Positions 22,755 to 32,328 of a stretch of 64,000 nt of DNA are shown here, piece by piece. Source of the stretch: Auanema rhodensis. Its lineage: Eukaryota > Animalia > Nematoda. The notes under the pieces were generated by a model that was not told the origin of the DNA, searched no databases, and was given only the letters and a program-made list of their open reading frames with translations. The translations under genes and the position numbers were made by a program. Every line of letters begins with the position of its first letter. The stretch's first letter is position 1. The stretch is from assembly GCA_964057225.1 (NCBI GenBank), contig OZ059898.1:20646001-20710000 (forward strand). Direction: 5' to 3'.

Positions 22755-23613
22755 TGTTTTGACTGGAGTCCTTTGAAGTAGGAGAGCGTAAAACAGGCAT
22801 GGGTGGTTCAGTGGATTTGAAGTGTAGAGAACGAGAACGCTAGGTTACTTGGACAACGATTTATTCAGAGAGAACTGGTAAAGACAACAGTGACAAAAAA
22901 TAGAAAAATAGATGAACACAATACGAAGCAAGAATACAAAGTAATATGGAGCAGCAGCAACAGCAGAACGACGCTTGGAGCGGTCGTTGGATCAAGAGGT
23001 GAAGAATGGGAAAAGCTGCGAGCTTATATACGAATTCTACCGGGCGATATACAATACATATTAATGATGGCATGAAGAAATAGAGAAATAATTTACAACA
23101 AGAATACGAAATAATATATAATAAATGAAATATAAAATAATCTAGGAATAATAGATACGTGGGCTGAATATTAGAATAGAATAGAATATAGAGAGAATAC
23201 AGCATTTTGCCACAGATTGAATGTGCCTTCTGCTGTAAGTTGTGGGGGCAGGCCAAGTGTAGATGAGTCATGTCTTATCCTGTGCGGCATCTCCCAGATT
23301 TTGCAGGATGCGCGAGTGGGCGAAGGAGTCATGAGCCATTTAGACCTCGATTGCAACTTACAAGATTATTGATTAAGCTAAACGAATTCTTAAGATTAAA
23401 ATAGACTATAGGCAATAAGAGAACAAGATTAACATAAAAGGTTAAGATGGATAGATGTGTTTAAGAGACAATAATGAAGGAACATCTGGTGAGTAATCGG
23501 ATAAACTTGCATGTGTGTGTGCGGCACGTATGAGTCATAGGTGAATAAAATAGTGGGAATAAAGTGCATCGTTGTCCAAAAAGAGTATGGGAAAGATGGA
23601 GTGCGTTCGCACA
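22755..23613 (-). repeat. 5' LTR (859 bp)
   Basis: Direct repeat of 16741-17599, followed on the minus strand by the PBS. Confidence 0.97.
23023..23030 (-). promoter_or_regulatory. TATA-like box TATATAAG in the 5' LTR (also 17009-17016)
   Basis: CTTATATA on + strand, ~160 nt upstream of AATAAA, matching the usual U3-R-U5 order. Confidence 0.5.
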
Positions 23614-26600
23614 TCATGGTAACCATGACTTTGAAATTTACGTGAACTTTAATTTATGCTAATTAAATGTACACGTGATGTGCACTTGGTGTGTAACTCG
23701 CTTCACGTGAAAGATAAAGAGATGCGGTTTTCAAAATTAGATTCCCCATGTCCATATTAGTCTAAAAACAAATTTTTATTGATATTGGTGCATGTTAACC
23801 ATGACTTTGAAATTTACGTGAACTTTAATTTATGCTAATTAAATGTACACGTGATGTGCACTTGGTGTGTAACTCGCTTCACGTGAAAGATAAAGAGATG
23901 CGGTTTTCAAAATTAGATTCTCCATTTCCATATTAGTCTAAAAACAAATTTTTATTGATATTGGTGCATGGTAACCATGACTTTGAAATTTACGTGAACT
24001 TTAATTTATGCTAATTAAATGTACACGTGATGTGCACTTGGTATGTAACTCGCTTCACGTGAGAGATAAAGAGATGCGGTTTTTAAAATTAGATTCCCCA
24101 TGTCCATATTAGTCTAAAAACAAATTTTTATTGATATTGGTTCATGGTAACCATGACTTTGAAATTTACGTGAACTTTAATTTATGCTAATTAAATGTAC
24201 ACGTGATGTGCACTTGGTATGTAACTCGCTTCACGTGAAAGATAAAGAGATGCGGTTTTCAAAATTAGATTCCCCATGTCCATATTAGTCTAAAAACAAA
24301 TTTTTATTGATATTGGTGCATGGTAACCATGACTTTGAAATTTACGTGAACTTTAATTTATGCTAATTAAATGTACACGTGATGTGCACTTGGTATGTAA
24401 CTCGCTTCACGTGAAAGATAAAGAGATGCGGTTTTCGAAATTAGATTCCCCATGTCCATATTAGTCTAAAAACAAATTTTTATTGATATTGGTTCATGGT
24501 AACCATGACTTTGAAATTTACGTGAACTTTAATTTATGCTAATTAAATGTACACGTGATGTGCACTTGGTATGTAACTCGCTTCACGTGAAAGATAAAGA
24601 GATGCGGTTTTCGAAATTAGATTCCCCATGTCCATATTAGTTTAAAAACAAATTTTTATTGATATTGGTTCATGGTAACCATGACTTTGAAATTTACGTG
24701 AACTTTAATTTATGCTAATTAAATGTACACGTGATGTGCACTTGGTATGTAACTCGCTTCACGTGAAAGATAAAGAGATGCGGTTTTCAAAATTAGATTC
24801 CCCATGTCCATATTAGTCTAAAAACAAATTTTTATTGATATTGGTTCATGGTAACCATGACTTTGAAATTTACGTGAACTTTAATTTATGCTAATTAAAT
24901 GTACACGTGATGTGCACTTGGTATGTAACTCGCTTCACGTGAAAGATAAAGAGATGCGGTTTTCAAAATTAGATTCCCCATATCCATATTAGTCTAAAAA
25001 CAAATTTTTATTGATATTGGTTCATGGTAACCATGACTTTGAAATTTACGTGAACTTTAATTTATGCTAATTAAATGTACACGTGATCTGCACTTGTTAT
25101 GTAACTCGCTTCGCGTGAAAGATAAAGAGATGCGGTTTTCAAAATTAGATTCTCCATGTCCATATTAGTCTAAAAACAAATTTTTATTGATATTGGTTCA
25201 TGGTAACCATGACTTTGAAATTTACGTGAACTTTAATTTATGCTAATTAAATGTACACGTGATGTGCACTTGGTATGTAACTCGCTTCACGTGAGAGATA
25301 AAGAGATGCGGTTTTCAAAATTAGATTCCCCATGTCCATATTAGTCTAAAAACAAATTTTTATTGATATTGGTTCATGGTAACCATGACTTTGAAATTTA
25401 CGTGAACTTTAATTTATGCTAATTAAATGTACACGTGATGTGCACTTGGTATGTAACTCGCTTCACGTGAAAGATAAAGAGATGCGGTTTTCGAAATTAG
25501 ATTCCCCATGTCCATATTAGTTTAAAAACAAATTTTTATTGATATTGGTTCATGGTAACCATGACTTTGAAATTTACGTGAACTTTAATTTATGCTAATT
25601 AAATGTACACGTGATGTGCACTTGGTATGTAACTCGCTTCACGTGAAAGATAAAGAGATGCGGTTTTCAAAATTAGATTCCCCATGTCCATATTAGTCTA
25701 AAAACAAATTTTTATTGATATTGGTTCATGGTAACCATGACTTTGAAATTTACGTGAACTTTAATTTATGCTAATTAAATGTACACGTGATGTGCATTTG
25801 GTATGTAACTCGCTTCACGTGAAAGATAAAGAGATGCGGTTTTCAAAATTAGATTCCCCATATCCATATTAGTCTAAAAACAAATTTTTATTGATATTGG
25901 TTCATGGTAACCATGACTTTGAAATTTACGTGAACTTTAATTTATGCTAATTAAATGTACACGTGATCTGCACTTGTTATGTAACTCGCTTCGCGTGAAA
26001 GATAAAGAGATGCGGTTTTCAAAATTAGATTCTCCATGTCCATATTAGTCTAAAAACAAATTTTTATTGATATTGGTTCATGGTAACCATGACTTTGAAA
26101 TTTACGTGAACTTTAATTTATGCTAATTAAATGTACACGTGATGTGCACTTGGTATGTAACTCGCTTCACGTGAGAGATAAAGAGATGCGGTTTTCAAAA
26201 TTAGATTCCCCATGTCCATATTAGTCTAAAAACAAATTTTTATTGATATTGGTTCATGGTAACCATGACTTTGAAATTTACGTGAACTTTAATTTATGCT
26301 AATTAAATGTACACGTGATGTGCACTTGGTATGTAACTCGCTTCACGTGAAAGATAAAGAGATGCGGTTTTCAAAATTAGATTCCCCATGTCCATATTAG
26401 TCTAAAAACAAATTTTTATTGATATTGGTTCATGGTAACCATGACTTTGAAATTTACGTGAACTTTAATTTATGCTAATTAAATGTACACGTGATGTGCA
26501 CTTGGTATGTAACTCGCTTCACGTGAAAGATAAAGAGATGCGGTTTTTAAAATTAGATTCCCCATGTCCATATTAGTCTAAAAACAAATTTTTATTGATA

Positions 26601-27792
26601 TTGGTTCATGGTAACCATGACTTTGAAATTTACGTGAACTTTAATTTATGCTAATTAAATGTACACGTGATGTGCACTTGGTATGTAACTCGCTTCACGT
26701 GAAAGATAAAGAGATGCGGTTTTCAAAATTAGATTCCCCATGTCCATATTAGTCTAAAAACAAATTTTTATTGATATTGGTTCATGGTAACCATGACTTT
26801 GAAATTTACGTGAACTTTAATTTATGCTAATTAAATGTACACGTGATGTGTACTTGGTATGTAACTCGCTTCACGTGAGAGATAAAGAGATGCGGTTTTC
26901 AAAATTAGATTCCCCATGTCCATATTAGTCTAAAAACAAATTTTTATTGATATTGGTTCATGGTAACCATGACTTTGAAATTTACGTGAACTTTAATTTA
27001 TGCTAATTAAATGTACACGTGATGTGCATTTGGTATGTAACTCGCTTCACGTGAAAGATAAAGAGATGCGGTTTTCAAAATTAGATTCCCCATGTCCATA
27101 TTAGTCTAAAAACAAATTTTTATTGATATTGGTTCATGGTAACCATGACTTTGAAATTTACGTGAACTTTAATTTATGCTAATTAAATGTACACGTGATG
27201 TGCACTTGGTATGTAACTCGCTTCACGTGAAAGATAAAGAGATGCGGTTTTCAAAATTAGATTCCCCATGTCCATATTAGTCTAAAAACAAATTTTTATT
27301 GATATTGGTGCATGGTAACCATGACTTTGAAATTTACGTGAACTTTAATTTATGCTAATTAAATGTACACGTGATGTGCACTTGGTATGTAACTCGCTTC
27401 ACGTGAAAGATAAAGAGATGCGGCTTTCGAAATTAGATTCCCCATGTCCATATTAGTCTAAAAACAAATTTTTATTGATATTGGTTCATGGTAACCATGA
27501 CTTTGAAGTTTACGTGAACTTTAATTTATGCTAATTAAATGTACACGTGATGTGCACTTGGTATGTAACTCGCTTCACGTGAAAGATAAAGAGATGCGGT
27601 TTTCAAAATTAGATTCCGCATGTCCATATTAGTCTAAAAACAAATTTTTATTGATATTGGTGCATGGTAACCATGACTTTGAAATTTACGTGAACTTTAA
27701 TTTATGCTAATTAAATGTACACGTGATGTGCACTTGGTATGTAACTCGCTTCACGTGAAAGATAAAGAGATGCGGTTTTCGAAATTAGATTC
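23614..27792 (+). repeat. 176-bp satellite, ~24 monomers
   Basis: Same unit and period, lying between the LTR element and the LINE. Confidence 0.98.
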
Positions 27793-27852
27793 AGTTTTGT
27801 CAGTTGACCTAGTTTGTCAGTTGACCTAGTTTGTCAGTTGACCTAGTTTGTC
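27793..27852 (+). repeat. 3.5 tandem copies of 17-bp AGTTTGTCAGTTGACCT at the LINE 5' end
   Basis: Copies start at 27793 (one extra T), 27811, 27828 and 27845 (partial). Confidence 0.95.
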
Positions 27853-28051
27853 TGTCGTGAGTGGTTGTCTCCCTTTGGTTCTAATTGGTATTCACTGTTG
27901 CCGTCTTGTTTCTTCATCTGATTCAGTATCGTCGGACTGGTTTTAATAAGGTGCGCACTTTTCTCAAGTCGTTTCATTTCTTTCCTTTATAATTACTTTT
28001 GTGTTTTTTTCCTATTTTTTATATCTCGTGTTTTTCATTCCTTTTTTCACT

Positions 28052-29068
28052 ATGTCCTCTTCCCAATCTGTTTCAAAATCCGATTTTACCGCACTTTCTG
28101 ATTCTCTCAAAGAATCTTTCTCCCAATTTTCTTCTGAATTACGTGGCATTATTTTCTCTATCCAAACTACCGTTAATTCTAATTGTACCCGTATTGCGGA
28201 ACTAGAATCAAAGGTTGCCTCACTTTGTAGCTCGCTCAAAAATGGTACTTCTCAAGAGGTTGTATCTAATTTAGTTAACATAAGTTCAGAGAAGTCGAAA
28301 TTCCCTGACCGTGCTACAAAACTCCTTTGGTTCAATGTTCCATTGAGCAGTACGGACTTTTCCTCCGATCCCACTTCTCTTGTGTCGGATGTTCTTAATC
28401 TGTCCAAGAACACTGAAATATGTAGTTTATTAAGCTCTCGTGCAATTGTTGTTACCCGCTACAATTCTAAGACCAAACTCCCTGGCCCTATTGCTATAAA
28501 TTGCCCTAGTGAACAAATTCGTGATACTTGCATACAACTAATCCGCAATCACAAAGAAGTTCTTTCCGCTTCACTCAAAAAAACTTTTGTGAGAAGAGAC
28601 TATTTCCCTTTCGAAATAGAACTTGAACGTGAATTGAAGGAAAAGTGCAAGGTTATGAATTCTACTGGGACTAACACCCTTCATATTGTTCGTAATTTCA
28701 AAATTGTTAAGGTCATCAAAAAAATATCCTCAATTAGTTCTCCTACTCCAGCTCCTACCTGTACTCATCTTATTTCTCCTGTTTTCCCTTCTTCCCCAAA
28801 TATTGTACAAATTGCTCCTCCACCTTCCAAAGCAAGCCGTACTTCTCTTGAGGTCGACAGGTCTTCTTGTCAATTTCCTTCACCCTCAAGACGAAAAACA
28901 CGACATGCTCCTTATGCTCTGAGATCACTCTCTTGTCCCAGAGTTAAAAACCCAACAATACCTCTTACCGCACCTTCCCTATCCGACCCTACCTCAAGTC
29001 TCCCCCTAGTTCCTAATCATACTCCCTCCACCAAATCACTTCCACCTCCAAAACATAGCTTTCGTTAA
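28052..29068 (+). CDS. LINE ORF1 protein
   Basis: Open frame 28001-29068 with first ATG at 28052. N-terminal heptads (RIAELESKVASL), an FVRRD motif and a Pro/Ser-rich basic tail, positioned upstream of APE-RT. Confidence 0.85.
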   Translation: MSSSQSVSKSDFTALSDSLKESFSQFSSELRGIIFSIQTTVNSNCTRIAELESKVASLCSSLKNGTSQEVVSNLVNISSEKSKFPDRATKLLWFNVPLSSTDFSSDPTSLVSDVLNLSKNTEICSLLSSRAIVVTRYNSKTKLPGPIAINCPSEQIRDTCIQLIRNHKEVLSASLKKTFVRRDYFPFEIELERELKEKCKVMNSTGTNTLHIVRNFKIVKVIKKISSISSPTPAPTCTHLISPVFPSSPNIVQIAPPPSKASRTSLEVDRSSCQFPSPSRRKTRHAPYALRSLSCPRVKNPTIPLTAPSLSDPTSSLPLVPNHTPSTKSLPPPKHSFR

Positions 29069-31859
29069 TCATACTTCTTTCCCTGCCCCTCTCTCGGTCT
29101 ATTTCTCTAATGCTCGTTCTGTTTTGAACAAATTCCCCCATTTCAATTTTGTTTCCACTGCTTATAACCCTGACATCATTTGTTTCAATGAAAGTTGGCT
29201 AAATAGTGATATCTGTAGCTCAACTTTACCACTTTCTGATTTATATTATGTTATCCGTAGTGATAGGAGTGTTGATACTAGAGGAGGTGGTGTTTTGGTT
29301 TTGATCAAAAAACACCTCTCTTTAATCAATGTTACCTCACATTCTTTTAGTAATTATTGTCAAGTTGTATGTTTCACATTAGCTTCCCCCCCTTTTCTTA
29401 CTTTTTGTATATGTTACCGTGCCCCATCTTGCTCAACCGCATCTTTCAACCTTTTCCTTGATTATCTCAATTCTTGTGAAATGTTCAAAGAAAAATTTAT
29501 TCTCATTGGCGATTTTAATTTTTCTCGTATCAACTGGGAAAACTACTCTTTGACTAAAAACTCCCCCCAAGCCAAATCCTTCTTAGAATTTATTGTATCC
29601 AAAGGATGCTCCCAACTTGTGTCCTTTCCCACTCGTAGTACATTTACTCTGGATTGTGTTGTAACTAATGTATCTGAAACTGTTTCCGATATTGATTGTT
29701 TACCACCCTTTGGCACTTCCGATCATCAATCTCTTTTTTTCCATGTCGATTGTAATAATTTATTATCACCCCAACGTTTTAACGGTAATCTCAACCTTAG
29801 AACTATCTCCCAGTCCAGCCTCAGTTCTCCTAAACTCTCTATCTGTCATCCTAAACGTTTGCTTTCAAGAAATTTCAATGCGGCAGATTATAATAAAATT
29901 AACTATATAATCAGCTCTATTGACTTTGTACACTCTTTTTCACATCTCGATGTTTGTACGGCGTATGAATCATTCACTGAAATACTCAGAGATGTCATCC
30001 GCTGTAATGTCCCTAATTTCAAAGTTACTAAAACCAAGCAGTCCATTGCACGTTCCATATCTTTACTTAACAACAGACTTGCTAGGCTGTCTAAATGTTT
30101 TGGTGTCACGTCTTCTGTTAGATACCGTGCGCTTGTACGTAGATTAAACGGCTTGATCAAACGCCAACGTGCTTTTGAAGAACATAAAATTTCTCTTCAA
30201 GGTAATCAAAAATTGTTTTACAAATTTTGTCGCGGTCGTTTGGGTGGCTCAGTGGAAGCACCTTTTCTCAAACATAACAACAACACAATATCAGATTCTG
30301 TTGATAAAGCTAACTTACTATCAGAAATGTTTTCTGAACCTTTTTCCACGCCATACAATAGTCAATGTTCTCCATGTCCTACAAACAAGTCTGCTGTTAC
30401 CAGTCCACAAAAGCATGTCTACATCGAGGAACTTACAGTCTATAAGTTTCTCAGAAACCTTCCTAATCGTGTATGTACGTCACCTGATGGAATCCCCTAT
30501 TTATTTCTTAATAGGTGTGCTCCTTCTCTTGTTCGTCCTATTACATATTTTTTTATTGCGTTTGTGTCGTTTGGTGTTTGTCCGCCTATCTCTTTAACTG
30601 CTTCTATCTCTAAAGTTTTTGAACGCATCATAAGAAAAGAATTGATAGATTATTTACTTCGTAAAAATCTAATTTGTTCTTCTCAGCATGGTTTTCTTCC
30701 TGGTTGTAGCACGTCTACCGCACTTCTGAGTGCTCACTCTCAATGGAGATGCCTTAAAGAACGCCGCAACGCAATTTATACTGCTTTTATTGATTTCTCA
30801 AAAGCATTTGATAAAATAAATCATGATATTTTGCTACATAAATTACACTCTTTTGGTTTACATAGCTCGCTCATTAAATTTTTCAAACAATTTCTTGCTG
30901 GTAGATCATTCTCTGTTGTACAGGGCGATGTTTTATCTAAACCCCGGGAAATACATTGCGGTGTTCCTCAAGGGACTGTTTTGGGCCCTCTTTTCTTTCT
31001 TTTGTATGTTAATGATTTACTGGAAAAATTTACAGGCGACACTCAAGCTATTGCTTATGCTGACGATATTAAACTATTCTCGGCAAATGCTCCTAGCCTG
31101 CAGTGTTCACTTGATTTTCTTTCAGCTTGGTGTAAAAGCAATGATATGCTCATAAACGTTAAAAAGTCTAAAATCATGGTTATAGGGAAAGTTGAAGGCG
31201 CTGTGAGCTTTCAAATCAATGACTGTTTACTTGAATCCGTCAATAACTTTAAAGATTTGGGAGTTATTATAGACAAAAACCTTTCTTTTGGTCCCCACTT
31301 TCAATCAATTACCTCTACCGCTACCAAACGTTGTAAGCTCATTCTAAGATGCTTCAACAGTTCTTGCCCCAAACTACTATTCCGTTTGTTTTGTTGCTAT
31401 GTTAGACCTATATTGGAGTATGCCTCTGAGGTTTGGTCTCCATACCTCAAAAAAGACATTCAATTTATAGAGAGTGTTCAAAAAAGGTTTGTCAACGCTA
31501 TTTTTAAGCGTGCCAATCTTGAGATTCATGGCTACATAAATAAGCTCGAGTTCCTCAAGGCAGATGAGCTGATAAACAGACGTGTTATCGCTGATTTTTG
31601 CCAATATTTCAAAATAGCCAAGGGTAACTCAATCCTTAGTAAAACCTTGTTCAGACTAAAAGAGCATCAATATTCATTTCGTCAGCATGATTATCTTTTG
31701 GTAGCACCACAGTACTTCTCAAAAGCTGCACTATCAAGTTTTGAATATCGCTGGATCCAAGATTGGAATGAACTTCATCCCATGTTTGTTAATATTGAGA
31801 AAACGTATAATTTTCGTAGCTACCTGAAAAACTGTAAATTTCGCAATTGTAAAATTTAA
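29061..31859 (+). CDS. LINE ORF2: AP endonuclease + reverse transcriptase, with an in-frame deletion in the RT N-terminus; true start uncertain
   Basis: APE motifs NARSVLNK, NESWL, RGGGV, CYRAP, IGDFN, TLDCV, SDH. RT motifs PISLT, QHGF, IDFSKAFD, GVPQGTVLGP, YADD, KDLGV. CR1-type tail YVRPILEYASEVWSP...IESVQKRF. The frame is open from 29010. Confidence 0.92.
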   Translation, partial: FVNHTSFPAPLSVYFSNARSVLNKFPHFNFVSTAYNPDIICFNESWLNSDICSSTLPLSDLYYVIRSDRSVDTRGGGVLVLIKKHLSLINVTSHSFSNYCQVVCFTLASPPFLTFCICYRAPSCSTASFNLFLDYLNSCEMFKEKFILIGDFNFSRINWENYSLTKNSPQAKSFLEFIVSKGCSQLVSFPTRSTFTLDCVVTNVSETVSDIDCLPPFGTSDHQSLFFHVDCNNLLSPQRFNGNLNLRTISQSSLSSPKLSICHPKRLLSRNFNAADYNKINYIISSIDFVHSFSHLDVCTAYESFTEILRDVIRCNVPNFKVTKTKQSIARSISLLNNRLARLSKCFGVTSSVRYRALVRRLNGLIKRQRAFEEHKISLQGNQKLFYKFCRGRLGGSVEAPFLKHNNNTISDSVDKANLLSEMFSEPFSTPYNSQCSPCPTNKSAVTSPQKHVYIEELTVYKFLRNLPNRVCTSPDGIPYLFLNRCAPSLVRPITYFFIAFVSFGVCPPISLTASISKVFERIIRKELIDYLLRKNLICSSQHGFLPGCSTSTALLSAHSQWRCLKERRNAIYTAFIDFSKAFDKINHDILLHKLHSFGLHSSLIKFFKQFLAGRSFSVVQGDVLSKPREIHCGVPQGTVLGPLFFLLYVNDLLEKFTGDTQAIAYADDIKLFSANAPSLQCSLDFLSAWCKSNDMLINVKKSKIMVIGKVEGAVSFQINDCLLESVNNFKDLGVIIDKNLSFGPHFQSITSTATKRCKLILRCFNSSCPKLLFRLFCCYVRPILEYASEVWSPYLKKDIQFIESVQKRFVNAIFKRANLEIHGYINKLEFLKADELINRRVIADFCQYFKIAKGNSILSKTLFRLKEHQYSFRQHDYLLVAPQYFSKAALSSFEYRWIQDWNELHPMFVNIEKTYNFRSYLKNCKFRNCKI

Positions 31860-32328
31860 TATGTATTGTTGCTATTGTTAACTACATATATATTTCACTA
31901 TTTTTTTTGTTTTTTTCGTTTCTGTGAGCTTACTCTACCTGTTTTCTTGTCTCCTTTGTTTACCTGACTCAGTATTTCCCGCGTATCCGACCTATAGACA
32001 TGAGTCATACGGTCCGAGCGTGGTTATCACTCATTGACAGAACGGGCTTGACCTTTGTTTTCTTGGTATCACCGCACCTCGTCAACGGTAGAAGTGATAA
32101 GCTTCGAATTGTTTCTTATTTCAAAGCTGAGATCAGTAAAAGTCTTCTCACAACAATCGTCAAGAACATGGTGTTTCAAGTTTCACAAATCGAACATTAC
32201 GTTAGTGTTCTCTCTTTTTCTTATCTTTTTCTCAACTACCGAAAGGTTAATCTTTTTTTCACACAACAACATACATTTTTCACTCATATATTGTAACCTG
32301 TGGTATTGTTGAACTGAAATAAATAAAA

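Larger units (their letters stand above)
16741..23613 (-). mobile_element. BEL/Pao (Belpaoviridae) LTR retrotransposon / endogenous virus with phlebovirus-like env; internally rearranged, non-autonomous
   Basis: Two 859-bp TG...CA direct repeats 6014 bp apart, 5-bp TSD, PBS and PPT. Pao-type RNase H, integrase and env motifs lie on the minus strand. No RT or protease motif was seen. Confidence 0.96.
27793..32328 (+). mobile_element. CR1-like non-LTR retrotransposon (LINE), apparently full length, ~4.5 kb
   Basis: 5' UTR, ORF1, APE-RT ORF2 and a ~470-nt 3' UTR ending CTGAAATAAATAAAA, flanked by satellite on both sides. Confidence 0.93.

Noticed and set aside
27999-32312. Small alternate-frame ORFs in the LINE, including 32000-32296 in the 3' UTR
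   Set aside because: No recognisable domains. They are shadows of ORF1/ORF2 or chance frames in T-rich UTR.
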